DNA from: Chrysomallon squamiferum
Lineage: Eukaryota > Animalia > Mollusca
Direction: 5' to 3'
DNA: 64,000 bases
Assembly (NCBI GenBank): GCA_012295275.1
Contig: CM022667.1
Span: forward strand, 14,012,001-14,076,000
In this document: positions 42,457 to 64,000 of the stretch, in pieces
How positions within the stretch are numbered: position 1 is the stretch's first letter
Layout of the letters: each line of letters begins with the position of its first letter
Translations under genes and position numbers: made by a program
The notes under the pieces: model-generated
Told to the model about the DNA's origin: nothing
Database searches by the model: none
What the model saw: only the letters and a program-made list of their open reading frames with translations

Positions 42457-42880
42457 ACGAAATCGACATTCAACAAAACATCTCTGACGATGCATCACAG
42501 ACATTTATCTTTAATAAACAGTAAAAAATATAAAATGAAAATAATGATAAATATGAGTAAATACTTCATTCTCCATTGTTATGAAATTGAAGATATATCC
42601 TGTTTAAAAATAAATTAATGTTGCTGATATCAGCCTTTGTTATTATGTATTTTATAGATTTTCTTTAGTTTCTTGATTTAAAGAAGTTATATTATTATTA
42701 GTAGTAGTATTAGTAGTAGTAATAGTAGTAGTAGTATCATTATCATAATTATTTTTATTATCATTCATTATCATCATTATTATTAGCATTCTTCTTCATT
42801 ATTATTGTTATTATTATTATTATTGTTATTATTATTATTATTGTTATTATTATTATTATTATTATTTCAACGTTTGAAAC

Positions 42881-43420
42881 TGTTCGTAACTACCTTTTCA
42901 ATTTTGCTAATTTAACTAACACGTTTTCAACATTTAAACAAACAAAATGTTTCTCCTAAAGCGCCTATCATCTTCTCTGAGTAACTGAAAGATGTTAATT
43001 ATTTTCATTATTTATTTCATGTCAGAAACATGTCACTGGAAGATGAATGTCAGTTCTAAAATAGCGGTGCAAATGTGTATATGTTTGTATGTACGTATGT
43101 GTGTGTGAGTGTGAGTGTGTATATATGTATGAATATATTTGTGTGTGTGTATGTGTGTATGTTCATATGATTTGCCTGCGTGTGTATGCTTAGTTTAATT
43201 AGCTGTGTGTATTGACATATACACACAACTAATTAAAATAAGCAAAATTTATCTGGAAAGCTTAGAATCGAAGGTGAACCAGTATTTTCCAGTTTTCTGG
43301 ACCATGTCCATATAAATACAGTCCTTTCTGCTTTTAGAAGATCCAAATTAAAACAGTTATAAAGCCTTTATTTTCTGGTATGTGTACGACCAAACAGCAG
43401 AAACAATATATAAATATAAC
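42881..43420 (-). pseudogene. Minus-strand pseudogene fragment of the family (exon 3 plus intron 2)
   Basis: An acceptor atctttcag at 42985 is followed by YSEKMIGALGETFCLFKC* (compare YSNKLFVCLVKASC and IAQKMMNCFIETNC). 42978-43400 aligns by eye with gene C intron 2 (46415-46870). Confidence 0.6.
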
Positions 43421-43489
43421 AAACAAACAACTAAATAAAAGGCAATAAAACTCTGAGATTTAAATGTAAACGTATTTGTAATGATTACG

Positions 43490-44440
43490 ATAGGTACCTC
43501 TAGTTACTGTGTGTATGCTGGAAGCAGACGAATATACTGCTTGATGCAAAGTCCTAAAACACGTATGGCACTTGGGAACATATTAAACAACAGCATATGT
43601 TTGTTATCAAACACTGTGTTATATCCCAGATGTTCTGGCAATGATTTTATCTTGGAAGGAAACTGCAGAGACAGTTTTGTACTTCTAGCACGCACAGTTT
43701 CACGTGCATCGATGTACAGACTATCTGCAGTTATAGTACTAAATGCTCCAAGAGAGTCTAAGACCCTGGTTTTGTAGAGGATTCAGCATTTGTAAGTAAC
43801 ACCTACCAGAGAGAGGCCCCATACACAGTGCAAGCGTTTACATCTTATCGAAGACCTATAAAGTCGGAGCATGGCCTTTCGGTTTGCTCCCCATTTAATA
43901 CTGCCAATAACATTTAAAAGAGTGAAGGAGTTTAAGGCCTTTAGGATGCAGTACAAAGGGTAACTTCCTGTCAAATATAACGTTCACAAATTTGGCCTCT
44001 TCCACAATAGGACAGAATATGTCCAGAAACATATTTATATGGAGACCTGTTTTCTAGCAGATATAAATACTGACTGTCTTTGTCTTTTGTAATCTAAAGC
44101 TGTTTTCAGTTGCCCATTACTGAAGTTTATTCAGACCAATTTGAAGCTGTCATTCGATAATACTTACGTTGAACGATCTTTAGCAAATCTGAAAATCGTC
44201 GACATAAGGTTTTAATTAAAAAAAAAAAAAAAAAACATTATGCACAGGTTGCACCCATTTCTTGCGGGTTGGAATCTGAAAATGTAGATCCAACACTTTA
44301 AAAGATCTGTCTTAAAAAACATCTTTAAAAATAGGAAGGCCACCTCATAGATCATGAGCCTTGGAGTCAATAAGCCCATACTTCCATATAGTGTCGTAAG
44401 CTTTATTCAAATCAGAAAACACTGAAACTAGGTGTCGACT
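43490..44440 (-). mobile_element. Decayed non-LTR retrotransposon (LINE) ORF2 fragment
   Basis: Minus-strand pieces HLVSVFSDLNKAYDTIWKYG (RT motif FFDLEKAYDTTW type), YVDDFQIC, and WGANRKAMLRLYRSSIR, with many stops and frameshifts. Confidence 0.8.
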
Positions 44441-44859
44441 AGGTGTCGGTGGGGCACCATGGAAGATTTTACAAATTGCTTATTTTCATTTTCAAGTCAA
44501 TTTAATGGATTATATGGCTACAATATGTTGACGAAAGCTACCTAAAGATCAGAATTAACAAAAGCTGACATTGTCAAATATTACCAAAATTATAACCCCA
44601 GAACATAATCAAATAATAATAATAATAATAAAAAAAACTATTACTTATTGAAAAGCTTTGTAAGGTTTTCACAATACACAATAACAAATGCTGATAAACA
44701 GCAACATTAATTTATTTTTAAAAAGAATATATGTCCAAATTTATAATTATAGAGAATAAGTTAATTACATTTATTTAGTTGTTAATAAAATAAAAATAAT
44801 TCTTTTTGTAAGGTCCTTAACGGCTTGGACACAGACGTTTTGCTGAAGGTCGATTCTGT

Positions 44860-45288
44860 CTATTTCTTTAAGATAACGAGCACGATCATTATTCCAATCC
44901 ACATCGAGAAGAGACATATATGTACCTGGTGTTCACCTGCAAAACAAACATTAAATCAGTTAATATACAGCTGTTCATGTTAATGCTGACGCTTGCTGAC
45001 GATCAAGTGAACTTTAATATCAGCTTGCTATAGATAGAAAAGCCAGCACTACAGGCATGTCTAGGATAGACAATGGATATAAAGAGAAATATTAGACGTG
45101 TGATGTACCAGAATCTCTGCAACCCAACGTAATCAAGGTGGTATTGGCGTTCAGTATAACATGTTGAAAATTTCAAGAGACAGCAGTGTTTAATATACAA
45201 TTACCATAACTATGAGGATAACAAAACCAGTTTTAGAAAGAATCAAAGATGTTTTAAAAATATGTCGAGACATAATAATTGCTTTAAA

Positions 45289-45319
<31 letters not shown>

Positions 45320-46892
45320 GACTGTTGGTCGTAAATGCAGTTATACTAATTTTGAGATGATTTATGCTGTCCATGTGAAAATTAATTTAAATAAATGTGA
45401 TCTAGTAGAGAAAAGGCTGGAAACCAGAGCTTTAACCAGTCGATTGAAATTGAAATTAGGAAACATCGAATGCAACATTTATAACCCAACTGTTCCGATT
45501 ATGCACAAGGGAAATCGCACAAGCAGATACAACAAGAGCAGCAACAGCAGCAACAACAACAACAACAACAACAAAAACAACAATATTAATAATAATAATA
45601 TGTTTTTCAATACAAAATTATTTTTATAAACAGGTTGACAGTTTCTCGATTTTACTATTATGTCATCATTTATCATTATTAAGATTCTTGAAAGACAAGA
45701 ATAATTAGGAAGTAAACTTAATATACCTAGCTGACTTGTATATACAAGCAATGATAAGCTTTAAACCTATTCATAGACAACACTGTAACTTTTCATACAT
45801 AAAAACTATTCTGCAGCTAATACATGTAAAACATACCTTTACTCGACATCATAGAGATTTCGTCACCTCCTGCAATATTATTAGAAATTTATTACATATA
45901 TACATACTTGCAAACTCGCACACTCACGCACACAGTAATAGTATCATTAAACATATTACAGTTATCAAAGGCTGGTGTTCTGGTCAAATGTTAGGCTAAA
46001 CGTCTGGATTTTCTTGAAAGTCGTCTGCTATGAATTTAAACATTTTCATAGCTGAATTTTATTAAAGTTTTCATAACAATCTTCCCACAGAGACACTGAC
46101 AGAAGAAGTCACTGTGTACTGTTATGCTGTGTAAAATTGAAAGGTTTGCCTTATGGTATATTAATTTAAAGACTTTTGCTTTTTAAGCAGAAGTCTCTTT
46201 TGCAACATTTGTCTTGGAATGGAATAGCTATTTAATATTTTGCGCAAAATCATGTGGATTCGTATACTAAATCAGTGGAAACACTGTGTATATGTACAAA
46301 CATACCGCAGACACTAAACACGAAATGTTTCAGTTGTTTAAATTTATTTTTCGTCCTTTCATCATCTTCATCTTCAGAACAGGATGCTTTTACTAAACAG
46401 ACGAACAATTTATTTGAGTAACTGAAAGATAAGACTTATTTTCATTATTTATTTAACAACAGAAACATCAAGTTCATGAAATATAATTTTGGATTAAAGT
46501 AAAAACAAATAAGTGTGCTAATGTACGTATGAATGTATGTATTTGTATATGGTTTTATGTGTTTGTGTATGAACATTTTCATGATTTGCGAGCGTGTGAA
46601 AACGAACACCCCCCACACACACACACATACACACACACCTACGCAACAATAATTAAGTAAAATAAGCAAAATTTATCTGGAAGGTCTGAGATCAAGGATG
46701 ACTCTAATTTCAGGATCTTCTGGTTTTCCGGACAAAGTCTTAACAATTTTATTTAAACTATAATGCACAATCGTATCTAAATTTAAAGCCATTTTTTCTT
46801 TTTTTTTAATTTCCCTAATGCTGAACGGACATATTCTGGAACGTGTACGATAAAATAACAGAAAATATATAAATAATTTTTGAATTGGCAAA

Positions 46893-46923
<31 letters not shown>

Positions 46924-47513
46924 AAATAAATAAATAGAAGTAATTAAAAGTATTAAATTGAGTGATTTTGGTGCAAACTTACAAACATCGATTTGAGATG
47001 TGTAAAGAATTTGTATTTACATCCTGTTGAAAAGATTCCTGGCACCTGTTTACAGTTTCTTCATCACAATTTCCACAAAAAGCCAAGTTTATTGTTACTG
47101 AAATTGGCAAAAATGACGCTAGAACTGTGGAGTCCAGAAAATTCGATAAGCATATTTATATCATCTAATTAGAATTGTTACTGATATTATCAACTGAATG
47201 TGTGTGTGTGTGTGTGTTTTAACTGTACGTCAACACATTTGATACAAATGATAAGAATCAGGATACAATTATATTACAATCATTGAAATTATAAACTTAA
47301 CAGTTAGAATTAGAATTTTATATTGCATAAACTGGAAAGTAGATTTCATTAGTCTGTTGAGAATAATTGCTCGCTATATCACCACAGTACTTTGATTCTG
47401 CTGTTTGATAAAATATAATGTCACGGAAATGTAACTGTGTGTGTTTATGTTTAAAAGTAATACAAGAATAATACTTTACCTGAGAAAATACAGAGAGCGA
47501 ACAGATACTTCAT
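44860..47513 (-). CDS. Six-Cys GPI-type protein, divergent inverted type C (124 aa)
   Basis: Minus-strand exons 47513-47480, 47097-46983, 46421-46306, 45869-45837, 44936-44860, with the same phases 1-2-1-1: MKYLFALCIFSVTINLAFCGNCDEETVNRCQESFQQDVNTNSLHISNRCFYSNKLFVCLVKASCSEDEDDERTKNKFKQLKHFVFSVCGGDEISMMSSKGEHQVHICLFSMWIGIMIVLVILKK*. Confidence 0.87.
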
Positions 47514-47577
47514 TTTATTGAGTGCCTAGAATATGAATACATACATATGAATATGTATTAAGCAAAAGCAAAATCTT

Positions 47578-47578
<1 letters not shown>

Positions 47579-47612
<34 letters not shown>

Positions 47613-47625
47613 TAGATATAGATAC

Positions 47626-47692
<67 letters not shown>
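47579..47692. repeat. (GATA)n microsatellite
   Basis: About 28 GATA units, continuing briefly after the inserted element at 47928. Confidence 0.9.
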
Positions 47693-47695
47693 CTG

Positions 47696-47927
47696 CAGTG
47701 GCTTGCAGAGGTCTGGTGATGCCCGGGGCTAACTCTTTGATTGTACGCCCCAAAGACTCAAGTACAAGACCTAATACTGAGAAATACTATGAGAAAGGAA
47801 GATATTTGAACATAAAACAAAAATTTTATTCGATTTAAATATAAATCAACCAAATTTATTAAATTCTTTTCTCTGATTGAATGACCCGGGCCACCGCCCC
47901 TTCGCCCCCCCCCCCCGTACGCTACTG
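47696..47927. mobile_element. Short MITE-like element inside the (GATA)n tract
   Basis: GC-rich ends with imperfect inverted termini, CAGTGGCTTGC versus reverse-complemented CAGTAGCGTAC. GATA repeats lie on both sides. Confidence 0.5.
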
Positions 47928-48237
47928 ATAGATAGATATAGATATATAGATAGATATTTGCTTAGTGTATCTATGACTTGTCAATAAAGCAGATTTTACC
48001 TATTGTTATTTGACTTCTCCAAACTGAAAAAGATATTAGCAAAAGAAAAAAACGCAGAAAACATTTTAGGTAAATCCTCTGCTTACAAGACATAGCATGA
48101 TTAATTTGAAATTTTTTTGGTCAGAGTACAAAATTACAAATATTATAAGTCTGATATAATAGCACCTTATTCGATCGTATATAAAAGAAATTGGGAAAAA
48201 CAACACACACGCGCGCACACACAGAACTTTTATCGTT

Positions 48238-48263
48238 AAATGACGTCTGTTATTACGTCATTT
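48238..48263 (-). promoter_or_regulatory. Conserved paired CRE-like element upstream of gene C
   Basis: Minus strand aaaTGACGTAAtaacaGACGTCAttt matches the B-type aaaTGACGTAAtttagtagcaGACGTCAtc. Confidence 0.5.
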
Positions 48264-48513
48264 GAATTTATTTACTAAACTTTTTGTTTTGTTTTGATAA
48301 AGCTGGGATTCCATACATCCGACACGAAATTGATATTGATACATTCCAACATCATCGATTGATACATCATCGATCCCAACATATATATATATATATATTT
48401 TGACAAGGTGCCCTTGCATTAGATCGGCTACAGAAAATAAACGCACACAGAAATAAGAAACTTAGAAAGATTATGACACGGATGAAATAATAATATTAAA
48501 AAAAAAAAAAAAA

Positions 48514-48563
<50 letters not shown>

Positions 48564-50286
48564 GGAATGACAATTTAATAACATAACGCAAGGGATATAT
48601 TTTTTATGAATTAAACTTTTAGATCTTCAACTGTAATCAACTTTACAACTATGTGTAATGATATTTACATGATCAAATGCGGCCTTTACAGTGCACCCAT
48701 TCAAAAATTGTAATAAAAATAAAAAAGAATTTCCCTTCTCTTTACTTCCCAAACCGCAAAGATCGTTGGGACATCTCGGATGGTTGTAAGTCCAGTTTCC
48801 TCCCTTTTTCCCTACTCTTCACTGCCCTCTGGATATCGACATTGGTAAACAAAACGATAAAAAAACCACGTATAAAATTCAAAAGCTATATTTATTAAAA
48901 GCTGACTTGCAAAAATACTATGTATTCGAAATCTTTACATCAACATTATTTTGTATATTTTGTATATTTTTTTTATGAATTTATGTTGTGTATTGAAAAA
49001 AAATTTCGACTCTCTGAGACCGTCTTTTTCGCGCTCCTAGGGTTCGTGGAGATTGATCGCACTTTAAAAAAAAAAAATACTGTATGCATTTCTTCACACA
49101 GAAAAAAATGTTCAGTGTAAAAAAAAAAAAAAAACGGAATGACTACTGTGAACACATGTATATTAGTTGATCTTTATACTTAGTTATCACAAACAAACAT
49201 ACAGTGATTTGAAATGTGTACGGTCTGTTTTGTTAGAATTTTACAAGGTCAAATAACATTACAAGTAAACTATGATAAAAAGAAGAAAAAGAAAAAAGAT
49301 GCAGGGAAATAGTTAATCTTTTTCTGAACATATTGTGAATGGAATATGCTTATTTTTTTTTTTTTTTTTTTTTTTTTTGGTGAGTTAAAGTGTCTATATA
49401 TATATAGCTGTTATATACTGAAAACAGCTAAAAAAATAATAATAAAAAAAATATTGGAAATACAGAATCGACAAAAGCCAATTGTAATCGGATATTTATT
49501 GTAAATACGAACTTTCAAATGTAGCAATTAACATAACAATAATAATAATAATAATTATTATTATTATTATACGTTTTAAAAACAGATAATCAAAAGTAAT
49601 TATAGAAAAACATCTACAAATGAAGAACAAATGTTTATGTATCATAATAGTCAAAAGTGACATGTAATTATAATGTACACCAGTAAAAAAAAATGTATGT
49701 CCTTTCATTTTCATACAACAGTTGTGCACTAAAAAAATGTCTGTGATATTTTCATCAAAGAAACAATACAGAAATAAAGCCCCAATTGATACAAGTTCAT
49801 ATACAAATGTAGCACTGAAAAAAAAAAGAAAAAAAGAAAAAAAAAAAAGAACTTTATTTAACAAAATTTAATTCATCAAAAACTAAGTATCTTAACATTT
49901 TTTTTTTTGTAATTTTTGCCACATTTCATTCACTCTTGGATGAACTGTTCATCACTTTAAGAATCACTCAGTCTAAAAATACAACCAATGTAATTAAAAA
50001 ATCTATGGATAATAATTTGCAATGTACATATATTAATAAGTAAATGTAAAATATTTATTAAAAATGTTAATATATAGCCAAAAAAAACAAAAAACAAAAA
50101 AAATAAAATAAAATAAAACAACACAAAAATCCCATCTAAAACACAAAAGAAAATAAATAGAATAAAAAAATATGTTTCAGAATAAAAAAAAAATTCTCAT
50201 AGCTCCAAAAATATTCAGAGGTGTAACCATTTTTTTATTTTTTGTTTTTGTTTTTAAATAACAGATGGTTATGTCATATATTAATG

Positions 50287-60756
<10,470 letters not shown>

Positions 60757-60812
60757 CTGAGGAAAGAACGATAACTTATATAATAAGTGTGTGCTTTCCT
60801 TCTCTTTATGAC

Positions 60813-60885
<73 letters not shown>

Positions 60886-61062
60886 TGTATGTGTGTACAG
60901 AATTCATCTGCACAGCAACTAGTTCAACTGAATAATTTATTTTAAAAAGCACCATACAAAACTTGTCAAAACAAGAACGAATTACAAACGTGGGAAAGGA
61001 AGAGTCTACGGTCATAAGAGTATTAACTAATGAAAAAGGCTCTGTGTGAACTTTTAGACATC

Positions 61063-61138
<76 letters not shown>

Positions 61139-61586
61139 TAAAAGAAACCGTCTGCAAACGTTTTAGACCTTTCACTGAAAGCAGTGAAATCCTGTTTCGT
61201 GCAAAATCAAAATGACTGAATGTGACATTATAATCTATGGTCGATCTCACTGTGATATTTAGCCGTAATTATTAGTTTGAACTGTGAGGGAAGATCGGAG
61301 AAAAAAAACAAATAAAAACAGCCATTAAAGTATCACATTTTCACGTTACAGACTGAAAAACACACGTACTTGTAGAGCGAGAGAGCGGCTCAGTCCTGAC
61401 CTTCATGAATCTTCTACGGATAAAACAGACAGATAGTGTACAAATGTGGCCGAAAACACCCACCAGAATGTTATTTATTTATTTAATTTGGTGCCGTAAT
61501 AGATATGTAACAAAACTAGGAATAGTGATAATAACAACATAGTGTATGTTTCTATATGTGTGTGTATGTGTGTGTGTGTGTGTGTC

Positions 61587-61625
<39 letters not shown>

Positions 61626-61915
61626 ACATTACATTTGATATGCACAGTCATTCCACTTATCAGTACTAGTGTTGTTTTCATATGCTAAAGATCAGCTTCA
61701 CGTATGGTCAGTAATTTATCATAACAACTGTAATAATAAAGGAAAGCCATTAATCATACACTACATTTATCGATAAGGAATCATCACATTTAACATCGTC
61801 CCCGCAACTGTTCATTTCTTTTTGTGTTAACTATTTTGCATTTTGCATTCATCTTTTTCACTATATTCTTTTCTTTTTTTTTTTTTTTTTTTTTTTTTTT
61901 TCTTTTTTTTTTTAA

Positions 61916-62801
61916 CCCCTTCAGCGAAATATATTTGTCTTAAATTTTTAGGAGAAAACATCTTTCACGTTTACTGAATTTGTACGGGACGATAATCAGT
62001 CATTACCACCACTAATCATAAGCGACCTCCTTCTTAATTCGCTACACATCCTTCTGGCCAAGGTTCTAAGAGAACTAACTCTAAGTAAGCACAAGACTAT
62101 TGTTGATCCTCTACGTCACGGATTAACACGGGTGGGGTAGTTGGTGTGCTGGGGGGGTGCACCAGTCCGGAAAATACAGAAGTCTGAAACATTAACCTAA
62201 AATTTTACGAAACATTAAACTGTGACACTACACATAACAGCTATTTAATACAGTAACATGATAATTCTGAGAGCCATTATACAGGCATTAAAAACAATGT
62301 AAACATGTCATACAGTACATGTAAACAAAAATGTAGGCTAGGCTGGGTGACGTTTGTTAGGCTAGGATACTAATGGGGGCGCAACTGTACAATTTACTCT
62401 TACCTTCGTGGAAAGGGTTGACGTGACTGTAACGTTCTAAATGGGGAAATGGCGGTAAGTTCAGATTTTGTGATTTTTCAGTAAATCGAGAGCTCCATGA
62501 AAAGGAGGGTCTGCAGTATTTTAACCAAAAAAAAAAAAAAAAAAAAAAAAATGGCTAACTTCGGTTTTTAAAAACATGTTTTGTACAAGAAAATGTTTGA
62601 TATATATATATATTTTTTTTTTTAAATTGACCGATATGGTTCACTGGTGAAGTAAACAAAACTATCTTTCCTATCTTCCAGTGTGGAGGTCCCTGAAATT
62701 ACGACGCGGTCATGACACATATTAGTTGTGATGATGCGTGATAATAGTCCCGTACAAAGCTGTTATCTCAGAAAAGATTAAGACAACGGTATTTGAAGGG
62801 G
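61916..62801. mobile_element. Non-autonomous piggyBac-type (TTAA) element
   Basis: TTAA|CCCCTTCA ... TGAAGGGG|TTAA, with imperfect subterminal inverted homology (ttgtcttaa, tttgtacgggac, actaat). No transposase ORF. Confidence 0.75.
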
Positions 62802-64000
62802 TTAAAACAAAAAAATGCAGAGTTTAATTTTAGTGAAGAAGAAGAGTAAGCAATTCAAAACATCGCAAATGAATGAATGAATAAATAAATAAATAAAGAA
62901 AGAATAAAATGATGCAGAGAAAAAAATTAAATGTAATAATTCCTTGACGATGAAGGTGGAGTATGATTTATGCTTTGGGTTTTAATTGTTATTTCTGTTA
63001 TGTTGAATTACAGAAAATACATGAAGCTAAGGAAAATCAAATTAAAATAAATAAAGAACAAAACCAACAAATAATAAAAATAAATAAATAAATACATGAA
63101 AAAAACAAAAACAACAACAACAACAACAACAAAAAAAACGATAGCAGCAACAATAACGGCTTAACATAAATAAAGTTAGTTTGTACCAAACAGAATGATT
63201 TATAGAACTATGTCTATCTGACTATATATATATACACACCCACCCACAAACACAACATATGGCATATGTTTTTGTTTTTTTTCGGCTCTAATTATATACT
63301 GTCTACATATTCTACATTCACAGTGGACTCATGAGACCGAGCAGCTCTCTCACTCTTCTTGTACTTATGTCTGTGTGTCTGTCAGTCTACATAGTGAAAG
63401 CCTGATACTTTAATGGCTGCATTTTTTTTTTTTCGTTGGACTCAGTTCCGACTAATAGAAAGTTGTTGAACTAACAAACTCAACGTTCTATTTGGAACCT
63501 CTGTTATTTCCACAATACTATCGTTAACCAAGGACAAAGCATCATTATGTGCATCTTTCTTTAGGAATGCAGTGACTGGATCATAGTGACTTCAAAACAA
63601 ATAATAATAAAGTTTTGAAAAGGTAATTACATTCGACCCTCCATTTACGGACACCCATTTGCAGGATTTCCGAGAATACGGAAAAATAATGGAAATCTCC
63701 TTTGACTCGAATAAATTATTTCGATTCCCATTGTACGATCTAGACAAAAGAAGCACATTCTTCTGTCCAGTAGGTAGGGTAAATAAAAACTTTGAATCAA
63801 AAATAAATTTATTTCTGTACATTATTCTACTTTGTGAATTTAAAACAGATTAAAGTCTGTACATTATTAATATTAACATTGTGTGATAGCAACCCACGAA
63901 AATCCGGATTTATTTTTTATTTTTTCCGGACAAGCTTCGCTCTTTTTTTTTCAGTCGATAAACTAAGGGACCACTTTATATAAAAGTTATGGTTTAGTTG

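Overview
AT-rich, microsatellite-dense eukaryotic DNA. It looks like an invertebrate, probably a mollusc, but that is inference only. There is a 200-N assembly gap at 25005-25204. Almost all ORFs in the six-frame track are microsatellite artefacts; the real genes are spliced. (1) 1-47.6 kb holds a tandem array of an unrecognised small gene family with five coding exons (34/109/107/36/77 nt, intron phases 1-2-1-1). The products are 120-124 aa: signal peptide, a six-cysteine domain (C-x7-C-x17/18-C-x8-C-x5-C-x20/23-C), a short stalk and a C-terminal GPI-type hydrophobic tail. I reconstruct 8 intact genes (4 type A, 3 type B, 1 inverted type C), 3 type-A copies with only exons 1-2, and several older pseudogene fragments. 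Paralogue differences are mostly amino-acid changing while introns and flanks stay similar, and copies are mosaic. Each A unit carries an internally deleted Tigger/pogo transposon upstream. (2) 50.3-60.8 kb holds a complete 13-coding-exon SLC6 (GlyT-like) transporter gene on the minus strand, 609 aa, with unusual chloride-site residues. (3) The rest is LINE, MITE and piggyBac-type remnants and minisatellites.
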